Origin: Methylotenera sp.
GTDB taxonomy: Bacteria > Pseudomonadota > Gammaproteobacteria > Burkholderiales > Methylophilaceae
Length of the DNA stretch: 64,000 bases
Assembly: GCA_046598525.1 (NCBI GenBank)
Contig: JBKJIJ010000021.1
Coordinates: forward strand, 7,142 to 71,141
Direction: 5' to 3'
The stretch's first letter is position 1; the number at the start of each line of letters is the position of its first letter. Shown one piece after another: positions 12,210-22,422 of this stretch. A program made the position numbers and the translations under genes. Under the pieces are notes generated by a model. That model saw only the letters and a list, made by a program, of their open reading frames with translations, did not search any database and was not told where the DNA came from.

Positions 12210-13159
12210 AGCTCGCCTGCTTTTGGCGCTGAATGCTGAATTGAATTCTCACCGACTAATGACATAAATACATCTTCCAAATCCGCTTCAATTAATTGCA
12301 TATCTTGCACAGTCACATTGGCTTTACGCAATTCGCTTAAGGCATATTCAATCTGATTTAGCTCAGTTAATGCTAAGGTAAAGATGCCATTTTCGCCATT
12401 TTTAAGCATCGGCAACAAAGTACTTGGCAAGTTGGCTTGGCCCAAAGTTAAGCGTAAATTTTTACCCGGCAATTTGCTGAGTAAATTGGCAGTGGTATCA
12501 AGCGCCACAATTTCGCCCTGCTTCATCATCGCCACGCGTTCGCACAGCGCTTCGGCTTCTTCTAAATAATGCGTAGTTAAAATAATGGTATGGCCATCAT
12601 TATTAAGCTTTTTGATAAACGCCCATAGCATTTGGCGCAACTCAACATCCACGCCTGCGGTTGGCTCGTCTAATACAATCACAGGTGGCTTGTGCACCAA
12701 GGCCTGCGCGATTAATGCGCGCCGTTTCATGCCGCCAGATAGTTTGCGCATATTGGTGTGCGCTTTATCCGTTAAGCCTAAGTTTTCAATCACTTCATCT
12801 ACCCAAGCATCGTTTTCGCGACCGCGACCAAAATAGCCAGCCTGAAAACGCAACATTTCGCGCACATTGAAAAAGGGGTCAAATACCAGCTCTTGCGGTA
12901 CCACGCCTAATGACATGCGCGCGGCTTGATACGCATTAATCACATCATGCCCCATGATGGATACTTGGCCATAAGTTGGCTTAAGCAAGCCTCCCAAAAT
13001 ATTAATCAATGTGGATTTACCTGCGCCATTTGGCCCAAGCAGGCCAAAAAATTCACCTTGTTCAATGGTTAAATCAATGCCTTTTAAGGCATGCAATTCA
13101 CCAAAACGTTTGTGAACTTTTTCAATCTTTACGGCTGGTGTTGATTTGTTGTCTGTCAT
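12206..13159 (-). CDS. yadG: ABC transporter ATP-binding protein (YadG-like)
   Basis: GPNGAGKST, LSGGMKRR, VLDEPTAGVD. Confidence 0.88.
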   Translation of the reverse strand: MTDNKSTPAVKIEKVHKRFGELHALKGIDLTIEQGEFFGLLGPNGAGKSTLINILGGLLKPTYGQVSIMGHDVINAYQAARMSLGVVPQELVFDPFFNVREMLRFQAGYFGRGRENDAWVDEVIENLGLTDKAHTNMRKLSGGMKRRALIAQALVHKPPVIVLDEPTAGVDVELRQMLWAFIKKLNNDGHTIILTTHYLEEAEALCERVAMMKQGEIVALDTTANLLSKLPGKNLRLTLGQANLPSTLLPMLKNGENGIFTLALTELNQIEYALSELRKANVTVQDMQLIEADLEDVFMSLVGENSIQHSAPKAGEL

Positions 13160-13181
13160 TTTCTAATCGCTATAAATACGA

Positions 13182-13204
13182 AACCCCATCATTTAGATGG
13201 GGTT
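13182..13204 (-). terminator. Likely intrinsic terminator after mlaB
   Basis: AACCCCATC-TAAAT-GATGGGGTT followed by TCGTATTT. Confidence 0.6.
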
Positions 13205-13237
13205 AAGTTAATCAATTACACTATAAATAGCTAAAAA

Positions 13238-13519
13238 TTAGCCAATTAATTCGGCCACATCATAAAGCTGCACTAAGCTGGTTAAATTTTCGGGCAGATT
13301 CACAAATATTAAGGTCTGGTTTTCTTTAGCGGCGCGGCGCTTCCATTCTAAAATCAAACTCACCGCCGTCGTGTCAATGTCTTCAACATCCGCAAAATCA
13401 ACGCTTGTATTTTCAACAATGTTAAATGCTTGACTGGCTTTTAAAATATCACCTGCGCTGCTATTTACAACGTCGCCGCTTAATATCCAACGGTTATTGC
13501 TCTGAGTAATTTGCGCCAT
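13238..13519 (-). CDS. mlaB: STAS-domain protein MlaB
   Basis: DFADVEDIDTTAVSLILEW; last gene of the mla cluster. Confidence 0.88.
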   Translation of the reverse strand: MAQITQSNNRWILSGDVVNSSAGDILKASQAFNIVENTSVDFADVEDIDTTAVSLILEWKRRAAKENQTLIFVNLPENLTSLVQLYDVAELIG

Positions 13520-13537
13520 TTATAGTTTCAATAATAA

Positions 13538-14152
13538 TTATGCTTTTGCCGCGCTATTTTTTTCAGCTAGCTTTTTAATCAAGCTATCTAAACCATTTTG
13601 GCGAATTTCTTGCGTAAATTGGCCGCGATAATTAGTTACCAAGCTCACACCTTCAATCACAATGTCATACACTTTCCAGTTATCCGCTTGTTTTTCAAGC
13701 GCATAATCAACCGCAATTGGCTGGCCACCCGGCTGCAAAATAACCGTTTTTACAGCCGCTGTATTAGCACCATCGGCCAAACGTAAAGGTTTGTATTCAA
13801 TGGTTTGATTTTTAAATTTTGATAATGCCGTTGCATAAGTGCGCAATAACAATGTGCGAAACTCAGTTTGAAAAGCTGCTTTTTGATCTGGCGTTGCTTT
13901 CGTCCAGTTTTTACCTAGCACCAAGCGTGAAACGCGGTCAAAATTAAAGTTTGGCAGAATTTTTTCCTCTGCTAATGCAAAAATCTTATCCTGATTACCG
14001 GCTTGAATGTCTTTATCGTTTTTAACGATTGCCATCACATCTTCAGCCGTGCGTTTTACCAACGCATCTGGTGATTCTGCCGCAAGTGCGCCTGCAGTAA
14101 AGCAAAGCATAGTGCCCGCTAATAATAATTGCTTAAAGTTTGTCTTAATCAT
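13538..14152 (-). CDS. mlaC: Periplasmic phospholipid-binding protein MlaC
   Basis: Signal peptide, WKVYDIVIEGVSLVTNYRGQF. Confidence 0.93.
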   Translation of the reverse strand: MIKTNFKQLLLAGTMLCFTAGALAAESPDALVKRTAEDVMAIVKNDKDIQAGNQDKIFALAEEKILPNFNFDRVSRLVLGKNWTKATPDQKAAFQTEFRTLLLRTYATALSKFKNQTIEYKPLRLADGANTAAVKTVILQPGGQPIAVDYALEKQADNWKVYDIVIEGVSLVTNYRGQFTQEIRQNGLDSLIKKLAEKNSAAKA

Positions 14153-14179
14153 GTATTTATCCTAATGTTAGCAACGCGC

Positions 14180-14746
14180 TTAAGGCGCTGCTGGTTGTGT
14201 TATTGCATCTAATGGGTTAGCACCTAACGCTTCATCTGCCGATTTGGTTGATGGTGATTCTGTTTTAGTGGCGGCATCAGCTGGCGCTTCTGAGGCTTTA
14301 TTGTACAAAAACTGGCTAATCATTTTTTCTAAAACCACAGCATCTTGCGTTTGTAAGATTTTGTCACCATTGGCTAGGCTTGTTTCATCACCACCCGCCT
14401 CTAAGCCAATGTATTGCTCACCCAGCAAGCCAGCCGTGTAAATATTGGCAAACGTATCTTTAGGGAAAGCATAACGTTTATCAATACTTAAACTGACAAC
14501 TGCTTCAAAGCTTTCAGCATCAAATTTAATGTCACTAACGCGCCCAACCACTACACCGGCACTTTTAACAGGGGCGCGTGGTTTTAAGCCGCCAATATTT
14601 TCAAAATTAGCGCTAACTGTATAGGTTTCGCCAATACTGCTGGTGGTTAGGTTGCCCACTTTCATGGCAAGGCCTAATAACGCGGCCAAGCCTAAAGCCA
14701 CAAAAATACCTACCCATAAATCTATTGTTGTTCTTTCCATTGCCAT
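14180..14746 (-). CDS. mlaD: MCE protein MlaD
   Basis: GGLKPRAPVKSAGVVVGRV, TAGLLGEQYI. Confidence 0.95.
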   Translation of the reverse strand: MAMERTTIDLWVGIFVALGLAALLGLAMKVGNLTTSSIGETYTVSANFENIGGLKPRAPVKSAGVVVGRVSDIKFDAESFEAVVSLSIDKRYAFPKDTFANIYTAGLLGEQYIGLEAGGDETSLANGDKILQTQDAVVLEKMISQFLYNKASEAPADAATKTESPSTKSADEALGANPLDAITQPAAP

Positions 14747-14758
14747 ACTCCTAACGCC

Positions 14759-15565
14759 TTACAAGCTAATCATAAACGAGGTTAATACAAAATCTAGCCC
14801 TAAAATCGCTAGCGACGAAGTGACTACAGTGCGCGTGGTTGCACGGCTTACGCCTTCTGCTGTTGGCGGCGCATCATAGCCTTCAAACAAGGCAATCATG
14901 GTACAAGCCACGCCAAACACCACACTTTTTATCACGCCATTCACAATATCTAAGCGCCAATCCACATTGGCCTGCATTTGCGACCAAAATGCGCCAGCAT
15001 CTACGCCAATTAACGGCACCGCCACCATATAACCACCCAAAATGCCGACCATTGAAAACAGCGCCGCCAACACCGGCATGGCAATAACACCCGCCCAAAA
15101 ACGTGGTGCAATAACGCGTGCAATGGGGCTAACCGCCATCATTTCCATGGCGGCTAGTTGCTCAGTGGCTTTCATTAATCCGATTTCGGCGGTAATGGCA
15201 GTGCCCGCGCGGCCAGCAAACAATAATGCGGTAACCACAGGGCCAAGCTCGCGGATTAACGATAAGGCCACCAATACGCCAATGGCTTCTGATGAGCCGT
15301 ATTTTTGCAAGGTGTAATAGCCTTGCAACGCTAATACCATGCCCACAAAAAAGGCCGATACTAAGACAATAATAAGGGACATTACGCCGGTAAAATATAC
15401 TTCGCGTATGGTTAGATGAAAGCGGCGAAAGCTTTCGCCAGAATACATTAGCGTTAGCCCGAATAAGCGCGCGCCAGCACCTAAGCGCCAAACGCGATCG
15501 CTAAAGCTATGGCCAATATTGCGTAAAAAGCGTGTCAAACTGACTAAAATACTAGAACGCATCAT
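14759..15565 (-). CDS. mlaE: Permease MlaE
   Basis: RELGPVVTALLFAGRAG, EIGLMKATEQL. Confidence 0.96.
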   Translation of the reverse strand: MMRSSILVSLTRFLRNIGHSFSDRVWRLGAGARLFGLTLMYSGESFRRFHLTIREVYFTGVMSLIIVLVSAFFVGMVLALQGYYTLQKYGSSEAIGVLVALSLIRELGPVVTALLFAGRAGTAITAEIGLMKATEQLAAMEMMAVSPIARVIAPRFWAGVIAMPVLAALFSMVGILGGYMVAVPLIGVDAGAFWSQMQANVDWRLDIVNGVIKSVVFGVACTMIALFEGYDAPPTAEGVSRATTRTVVTSSLAILGLDFVLTSFMISL

Positions 15566-16395
15566 GCGCCTCGCCTTGTCTGTTCAAAACCCAATAAATC
15601 TTGTGCATAATCGTCGGCTGCATAATGAAAAGGCACAGGGCCATCTTTTTCGCCATGCACAAATTGATGCACAAACGGCAAGGTGGAATTGCGTAAATCG
15701 TCTGGCGTGCCTTCTGCCGCTACCACACCATTGGCCACAAAATACACATAATCGGCAATTGTAAATGTTTCTTTTACGTCATGCGAAACGATAATTGAAG
15801 TGGCGCCTAAAGCATCATTTAAGGTGCGAATCAAATCGCAGATAACACCCATCGAAATAGGATCTAAGCCTGCAAACGGCTCATCATACATAATAATATC
15901 GGGATCTAATGCAATAGCGCGCGCCAATGACACGCGGCGCGCCATACCGCCAGATAACTCAGTCGGCATTAGTTTATGTGCGCCTCTTAAACCAACCGCA
16001 TTAAGCTTCATTAACACCAAATCGTGAATCATGCTTTCGGGTAAATTGGTGTGCTCGCGTAACGGAAAGGCCACGTTTTCATACACCGATAAATCGGTAA
16101 ACAAAGCGCCTTGTTGAAACAACATACCCATTTTTCGGCGTAACTGGTAGATACCATCGCGCGTTTGCTTGTGCACCACTTGGCCTTCAACGCGCGCCTC
16201 GCCCTTGCTAGGCTTTAGTTGCCCGCCAATTAAACGCAATAATGTGGTTTTGCCAGTGCCGCTACCGCCCATAATGGCGATTACCTTACCGCGCGGAAAC
16301 ACCATATTGATGCCCTGATGCAGCATGCGGCCTTTATAGCCAAAAGAAAGATTATCAATCTCTACAATATTTTGTGAGGCTTTGTTTAAAGTCAT
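15562..16395 (-). CDS. mlaF: ABC ATPase MlaF
   Basis: GGSGTGKTT, LSGGMARR, YDEPFAGLDP. Confidence 0.95.
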   Translation of the reverse strand: MTLNKASQNIVEIDNLSFGYKGRMLHQGINMVFPRGKVIAIMGGSGTGKTTLLRLIGGQLKPSKGEARVEGQVVHKQTRDGIYQLRRKMGMLFQQGALFTDLSVYENVAFPLREHTNLPESMIHDLVLMKLNAVGLRGAHKLMPTELSGGMARRVSLARAIALDPDIIMYDEPFAGLDPISMGVICDLIRTLNDALGATSIIVSHDVKETFTIADYVYFVANGVVAAEGTPDDLRNSTLPFVHQFVHGEKDGPVPFHYAADDYAQDLLGFEQTRRGA

Positions 16396-16475
16396 TCGTT
16401 ATACTTTTTCATTTTCATGACACTTTAAAGCAAATCGCATAACTAGCAAAACTTTATATGTATGTTACAAAACAA

Positions 16476-16498
16476 AAAGCCCGCATTAAGCGGGCTTT
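16476..16498 (-). terminator. Intrinsic terminator after the pilin-like gene
   Basis: AAAGCCCGC-TTAAT-GCGGGC followed by TTTTTGTTTT. Confidence 0.85.
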
Positions 16499-16516
16499 GA
16501 ATTTTTAACTAGTTAT

Positions 16517-17161
16517 TTAGAAGGCCATGCACACATTAAATACACTAGCGTCCAACACTGTTGCATTTTCGTCCCAACCTGCAACAGCTGAATATACTCT
16601 TAAAGACCCAGTAGCAGTATTGCTGTCATCAAGAGTTGTATCAAGTTGCTTTGCAAACTTACCCAAAATTCCCGCCGAACAAATAACATAAGCACCACTC
16701 AAAGGCGTAGGCAACACAGGAATATTTGTTGCTCCAGCAATACTTTGAACACCGATTCGTCCACCGTCTGCATTAGTTGGGTAGTAACCACCTGCGCCCA
16801 CTACAGTTGGTCCAGGCGCAAGGCCTGCCAAGCGAACATGCTGCCAAAGAATGGCAGACTCATCGCCTATAGTTACTGAATTCCAGTTGCCACCAATAAC
16901 ACCGTTTCCCGCGCCTGTTGCAGCTTGGTTGGCAGCTGCTCCCAAATGCGCTACAGCAGCAAGATCGTCACCTGGCAGCGCTCTATATTTATCTTGGTAT
17001 CCGTAAATATAAACTTGTACATTTTGAAAATCCCGCGCCATGTTTTTAACCTTAGCACTGTTAATCAGCTCTTGACCTCTAAGCACGCCGCCTAGTAGTA
17101 AACCGATAATCACCAAAACAATTGCTAGTTCAATTAGGGTAAAACCTGATTGTTTATTCAT
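16517..17161 (-). CDS. Type IV pilin/pseudopilin-like protein (prepilin cleavage-methylation motif)
   Basis: MNKQSG/FTLIELAIVLVIIGLL; AAGGA SD upstream of ATG 17161 (the ORF-track start 17233 overlaps the promoter); two C-terminal Cys. Confidence 0.88.
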   Translation of the reverse strand: MNKQSGFTLIELAIVLVIIGLLLGGVLRGQELINSAKVKNMARDFQNVQVYIYGYQDKYRALPGDDLAAVAHLGAAANQAATGAGNGVIGGNWNSVTIGDESAILWQHVRLAGLAPGPTVVGAGGYYPTNADGGRIGVQSIAGATNIPVLPTPLSGAYVICSAGILGKFAKQLDTTLDDSNTATGSLRVYSAVAGWDENATVLDASVFNVCMAF

Positions 17162-17228
17162 TTTTTGTGTCCTTAACCTAATATAATTGTGTGAATTATA
17201 AAGTTTCATCACATTTTTTAACATTTGA

Positions 17229-17245
17229 TGCAAGCAACATGCCAG
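17229..17245 (-). promoter_or_regulatory. Sigma54 (-24/-12) promoter of the pilin-like gene
   Basis: CTGGCATGTTGCTTGCA: GG-N10-GC, matching TGGCAC-N5-TTGCW with one mismatch. Confidence 0.8.
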
Positions 17246-17486
17246 ATTGAAAATTAGTCAAAACGGCTTATTTACTGGCTATTTCAATCACTTTCAGCTA
17301 AATTTAGCGTTCAAAATAAAAGCTTGTGTTGATAAATCGTCATACATGACATATTTTTGACACTTTACTATTAATGACGATTGCTTAAGCTTTAGCTTAA
17401 AAATGCTGGGTAATTGACTAGAAATCTTAGTAAAAGTGATTTTATAAAATTCACTTAGCAAACGCCGCTCTACGTAAATTTAACAC

Positions 17487-19211
17487 ATGGGATATCGCAT
17501 GTTTTTAAAAATGTTCAATTACAGCAACATTAATCTAATGTTAATCAAAAATTCGCAACGCGTTTTAGCGTTAATGTTGCTTTCTCTGCATGCTTTTTTA
17601 ATTTGGGGCGGTGACGCGCACTATTTACAACAGACTTATTTCTTGTGCACGTATGCGCTTTTTTTATTGTGGCAACCTATTTGGCGCAGCACCGAAACAT
17701 TATCTAAACCGGCGCTATTTTTATTTATTGGCGTTGGTGTTTTGGGCTTTTTATACATCAATTGGTGGTTAACCGCCTTGTGGCTATCCATTTTATTTGG
17801 CTTGCTGGGCGGCCGCATTTTTTCAGATGAAACCAAAGCCAACCGCGTTATTCATATTTTGGCCGCCAGTTATTTGTTATCGATGTTGCTGTTGTGGGTG
17901 GTGCCAAAGCTGTTGCATGCTTCTAACGATTTAGAAGCGGCCACTTTTGTTATTACCTACTTTATGCCGTTGCTGCCAATCATCATCTTAATTATTGGCA
18001 ATCAAAACAGTAAATCGGGCCAATTGCCGGTGCTGGATTTTTTCTACACCTTATTATTAATGCTGGTTGCGCTGATTTTGGTGCTGGGTAGTTACGCCAT
18101 TGGTAGTGTAAATACGGTTAATTATATTCAAGTGATGTTTATTACTATATTTAGCCTTGCTTTTGTGTTGATTGCTTTTAGTATGTTGTGGCGGCCTAGT
18201 ACGCGATTTTCGGGCGTTGAGCTGATGATGTCGCGCTATTTATTAAGTATTGGTATGCCATTTGAAAAATGGATTAAAAATATCGCATCATTAGGTGAAA
18301 TTGAATCGACACCCAACGGATTTATTCAAGCGGCGATGGTTGAAATGACTTCATTGCCTTGGGTTTCGGGTGTTTCTTGGCTGGCCGATGATACGCAAGG
18401 CAAATTGGGCGCTTCTTCTAATCATCAAACCAATTTTAATTTTAAAGATTTTCACATGACATTGCACACCAACTGGCAGATTTCGCCTGCTTTGTATGTG
18501 CATGTTAAATTGCTCACGCAAATTATGGGTGAATTTTACGATGCGAAACGCCGCGAAGAAACCTTGCGCCAAAACGCTTACATGCAAGCTTTTTACGAAA
18601 CGGGTTCGCGCTTAACGCATGATATTAAAAATATTTTGCAATCGGTTGGCACTTTAGTTTCGGCGGCAGAGCAAACAGAAGAAAAAGATACGGCGGCTTT
18701 ATTAACCTTAATCCGCAAACAATTACCTGTTTTAAATCAAAGAATTGCCGCCACTTTAGATAAACTAAAAGCGCCAGGCGAAGATAAAAAACGCTTAGAA
18801 AAAATGTCGGCTTGGTGGAAAAACTTGCAGTTGCGTCATACGCAGGATCATATTGAGTTTGTTGCCGACAATTTACCTAAGCATGATATTAATGCTGAAG
18901 TGTTGGATAGCGTGATTGATAATTTGATTAATAACGCGATTGAAAAGGCCAAATATCAGCCAAATACCTTGATTAAGGTTGAAATGCAGAGTGATGCCGA
19001 ACAGCGTTTTTATATTGATGTAACCGACACCGGCAAGGCCATGGATGCAGCGATTGCTAATGATTTATTTAAAAAGCATATTGCATCGCATAATGGCTTG
19101 GGTGTTGGCTTGTATCACGCCGCGCAAGATGCCAAACAAGCAGGCTATGGACTAAGTTTGGATAGTAATGTGAATGGTGCGGTGCGCTTTAGGGTATTGT
19201 TAGTACCCTAA
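17487..19211 (+). CDS. Multi-pass membrane sensor histidine kinase (orphan)
   Basis: About 8 hydrophobic segments; H-box RLTHDIKN, N-box NLINNAIE, DTG and GLGVGL G-boxes. Confidence 0.85.
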   Translation: MGYRMFLKMFNYSNINLMLIKNSQRVLALMLLSLHAFLIWGGDAHYLQQTYFLCTYALFLLWQPIWRSTETLSKPALFLFIGVGVLGFLYINWWLTALWLSILFGLLGGRIFSDETKANRVIHILAASYLLSMLLLWVVPKLLHASNDLEAATFVITYFMPLLPIIILIIGNQNSKSGQLPVLDFFYTLLLMLVALILVLGSYAIGSVNTVNYIQVMFITIFSLAFVLIAFSMLWRPSTRFSGVELMMSRYLLSIGMPFEKWIKNIASLGEIESTPNGFIQAAMVEMTSLPWVSGVSWLADDTQGKLGASSNHQTNFNFKDFHMTLHTNWQISPALYVHVKLLTQIMGEFYDAKRREETLRQNAYMQAFYETGSRLTHDIKNILQSVGTLVSAAEQTEEKDTAALLTLIRKQLPVLNQRIAATLDKLKAPGEDKKRLEKMSAWWKNLQLRHTQDHIEFVADNLPKHDINAEVLDSVIDNLINNAIEKAKYQPNTLIKVEMQSDAEQRFYIDVTDTGKAMDAAIANDLFKKHIASHNGLGVGLYHAAQDAKQAGYGLSLDSNVNGAVRFRVLLVP

Positions 19212-19255
19212 AGCTTTTGTCTGAAGATTTAATTTACGGCCTTATAAGGCAGGTT

Positions 19256-20407
19256 TTAAAGTTCGCCGTAAGAATGCAAACCGCTTAAAAACATATTCAC
19301 ACCCAAGAAGGCGAATGTGGTGACTAGCAAGCCAATTAACGCCCACCAAGCCAACACTGGGCCGCGCAAGCCTTTAACCATGCGCAAATGCAACCATGCC
19401 GCGTAATTTAACCAAACAATTAGCGCCCATGTTTCTTTAGGATCCCAGCTCCAATAACCGCCCCAAGCTTCGGCCGCCCACATGGCGCCTAAAATTGTGG
19501 CGATTGTGAAAAAGGCAAAACCTACCGCAATGGATTTATACATCACATCATCTAACACATCTAAGCTTGGCAAGCGGCTGGCTAATATGCCTTTTTTAGC
19601 CAGCAAGTAAGCACTTGCTACCATGGCAGCCAATGAAAACGCGCCATATCCGACAAAGTTAGCGGGCACATGAATTTTCATCCAATAGCTTTGCAAGGCT
19701 GGCACTAAAGGTTGAATCGCATCCGCGCCGCGGTCGAATCGATACCATAAAATAAATAGTACAGCGGCGTTAATAATCATCAACACAAAGCCGCCAAGCT
19801 GCTTGGTATTAAATTTACTTTCGTAATGCAAATATAAAAGTGATGTGATTAAACAGAATAAAATAAACACTTCATATAGATTACTAATGGGGATATGGCC
19901 TACATCTGGCGCGATTAAATACGATTCGTACCAACGCACCATTAGCCCAACAAAACCAAATAAAACGGCGCTCCATGTCAATGCAGAAGCCACTTTACCA
20001 GCAAAATCACTGCGTTTGTACATGGCAAACCAGTAAGTAAACATGGCTAAAATAAACAGCACGTTCATCCACATAATGGCCGATTGGCTGGATATTAAAA
20101 ATTTAAGCAAAAACGCCTGCGTAGCGCGCGCTTGATCGCCGTGGTACAAACTAATAGAAAATAAACTGATTACGCCCACGCCAATCACCAGCTTGGCTAA
20201 GCCTTTCCAGCGCCAGCCTAAATAGCTAAATACTGCCGCCGCGCCAAACAAAAAGCTTACTTCATAGATATCCATAAATTGCGAATATTGGCTGTAAGCG
20301 AATATGGCGCCGGCAAATAACAAGGCTGCATAAAGCCAATCTTGCACTTTTAGGCTTTGCCAAAGGGTTTGGGGCGTAAAATTAAGCGTTTCTGTATTCA
20401 TCATCAT
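19256..20407 (-). CDS. ccsA: Cytochrome c biogenesis system II CcsA/ResC
   Basis: WWD domain GAMWAAEAWGGYWSWDPKETW, WMKIHV. Confidence 0.95.
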   Translation of the reverse strand: MMMNTETLNFTPQTLWQSLKVQDWLYAALLFAGAIFAYSQYSQFMDIYEVSFLFGAAAVFSYLGWRWKGLAKLVIGVGVISLFSISLYHGDQARATQAFLLKFLISSQSAIMWMNVLFILAMFTYWFAMYKRSDFAGKVASALTWSAVLFGFVGLMVRWYESYLIAPDVGHIPISNLYEVFILFCLITSLLYLHYESKFNTKQLGGFVLMIINAAVLFILWYRFDRGADAIQPLVPALQSYWMKIHVPANFVGYGAFSLAAMVASAYLLAKKGILASRLPSLDVLDDVMYKSIAVGFAFFTIATILGAMWAAEAWGGYWSWDPKETWALIVWLNYAAWLHLRMVKGLRGPVLAWWALIGLLVTTFAFLGVNMFLSGLHSYGEL

Positions 20408-20445
20408 TCCTTTTTCTTGCTTGCTATATATTTGCTTAAATTAGG

Positions 20446-22422
20446 TTAAGCAAGTAGCTGGCTTAATTGCGATTTCGTGCGTTCAAACTCTTGTTCAAAA
20501 TCTAAATTTTTGCGATTAGACGACATGGCAAATAAAACTTCACCTGCCTTGTTTGCATCATTTTTGACCAGCAACCACACGCGACGTTCACGAATATAAA
20601 ACATGGCAAAAATACCAATCACCAACAGCACAGAACCTAAATACACCCATTTTTGCCCAGGTGATTTGGTTAACTGCAGGCCGCTAGCCTCTACATGTTT
20701 AAAATTCACTAATTGCAAATAATGCGGTGAGCCGTAAAAAAATGAATCGCTAAGCGCATTTAAGCTATCTTGCAGCAACTCTTTGGTTTTATCGTTAAAC
20801 ACTAATGCAGGCTTATTGGCTTTAGCCAAGCTTAAATTGTAAGCCTCAAACGCAGCCGTATTGAGCATTTTGATATAAGTTTGCGCGGCTGCCTCGCGCT
20901 GATCTTCTGGCACGGCTTTTTCAATCGCTTTGGCAATGCTGGTGTAACCGCCTTGCGCATAGGTGCTTAACAATTGCGCCACACTTTGCTCAAACTGCGC
21001 CTGCAATTTAGTGTCTTTAGTTAAGGCATTGGCGCTTAATTTCTTGGCGATAGCTGGATACTGCTGACTATCTAACATGGTGGCGCGAAAACGCATAAAG
21101 CCATCCATCTCAAAATCGTCATCTACTGGAATGCGCAGATATTTAAAATCTTCTTGCACTGTTTCGCGCATGCCCGAAATAAAATACGATTTTCCGTCTA
21201 GCTGCATGGGTTGCATGTAGGTGACGTATTCGCGCGCTTGCCCGCTAGCGTCGCGCAGCTTGTAGGTAATATTTGGCCCAACGTTGCGCGGCTTGCCTTT
21301 GCCGTCTGGCGTTAAATTAATAATATTAAATTTGCGGAATTCATTAAACTCAACTGTTAATTGATTTTCGCCTTCGCCCAGTTTAGCTTTTTTGAATATT
21401 TCACCGTTTAAGGTAGTTGTTTGCGCAATCGCTTTGGTTAAATCCCACACCTTAAAATCGACCGATGAGCCGCCATCTTGGAAATCGGATTGATAAATAG
21501 CGATTCCTTTATAAACCAATGGATGATTAACGCTAATGGTTTTGGTCAGCGGCTGTTTTAAATCGCTATCGGTAATCACAATATCGCTTTCAAACGATTT
21601 AGGCTGACCAGTGGCGTAATGCTCAATTCTGAAATCTTTTAAGGCCACTCTAAATGGCAATTCTTGCACCAAATAACCATCGCGAACGCGCACAAAAGCC
21701 ACATTATCGCTAACGCCTTCTGGCAAGGTCATATTGGCTCTAAATGAGGCATTGCCTGTGGTTAGGCGGCTAATTGCTGGCACTTGGCTTTCTGGAATAT
21801 CCAATGTTTCTATCTTTTTTTGGCCAAGCAACTCTTGTACTTTTAAAGGCAAATTGCCATCTAACAAGCCACCAAAAAAGATAATCACCATGGCCACATG
21901 GGTAAAAATATAGCCTAAACGTTGATGCGTACCGGCTTTGGCAGCAATTAGTTCATCGCCATTTTGTTGCGTATTGAACTTGAATTTAAAGCCTTGCGAT
22001 GTTAAATAATTGGCTAACTTGGCTTTGGTAGCGCCAACATCGCCTTGCTGATTAGTCGGAGTAAACGATGCTTGATGGCTAAAAGCGCGCAAGGATTTTT
22101 CAGCCGCGTGTTCTTTAAAGGTTTTCCACTCCCGCACCATTAAAGGGCTATTGCGATAAATACACAAGCTGGTCGAAATCACCAAAAATAATAAGATGAC
22201 CAAAAACCAAGTGGCATGATACACATCGTATAAACCCAGCTTTTCAAACGCCTCAAACCAAAACTGGCCAAACTTAATGATGTAATTTTCGTACGGCTCG
22301 TTTTGTTTAAGCACCGTACCAATAATGGATGCAACACCTAAAACGGTAAGCATGCTAACGGCAAAGCGCATTGAGCTTAGTAGCTCATAAAAACGTTGTG
22401 ATGTGGTGATTGGTGGTTTCAA
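20446..22422 (-). CDS. resB: Cytochrome c biogenesis system II CcsB/ResB
   Basis: SSMRFAV, IGTVLKQ, VNHPLVYKG, SGLQLTKSPG. Confidence 0.93.
   Translation of the reverse strand: MKPPITTSQRFYELLSSMRFAVSMLTVLGVASIIGTVLKQNEPYENYIIKFGQFWFEAFEKLGLYDVYHATWFLVILLFLVISTSLCIYRNSPLMVREWKTFKEHAAEKSLRAFSHQASFTPTNQQGDVGATKAKLANYLTSQGFKFKFNTQQNGDELIAAKAGTHQRLGYIFTHVAMVIIFFGGLLDGNLPLKVQELLGQKKIETLDIPESQVPAISRLTTGNASFRANMTLPEGVSDNVAFVRVRDGYLVQELPFRVALKDFRIEHYATGQPKSFESDIVITDSDLKQPLTKTISVNHPLVYKGIAIYQSDFQDGGSSVDFKVWDLTKAIAQTTTLNGEIFKKAKLGEGENQLTVEFNEFRKFNIINLTPDGKGKPRNVGPNITYKLRDASGQAREYVTYMQPMQLDGKSYFISGMRETVQEDFKYLRIPVDDDFEMDGFMRFRATMLDSQQYPAIAKKLSANALTKDTKLQAQFEQSVAQLLSTYAQGGYTSIAKAIEKAVPEDQREAAAQTYIKMLNTAAFEAYNLSLAKANKPALVFNDKTKELLQDSLNALSDSFFYGSPHYLQLVNFKHVEASGLQLTKSPGQKWVYLGSVLLVIGIFAMFYIRERRVWLLVKNDANKAGEVLFAMSSNRKNLDFEQEFERTKSQLSQLLA

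Noticed and set aside
17162-17233. 24-aa N-terminal extension of the pilin in the ORF track
   Set aside because: Overlaps the sigma54 promoter and 5' UTR; SD and prepilin leader length point to ATG 17161
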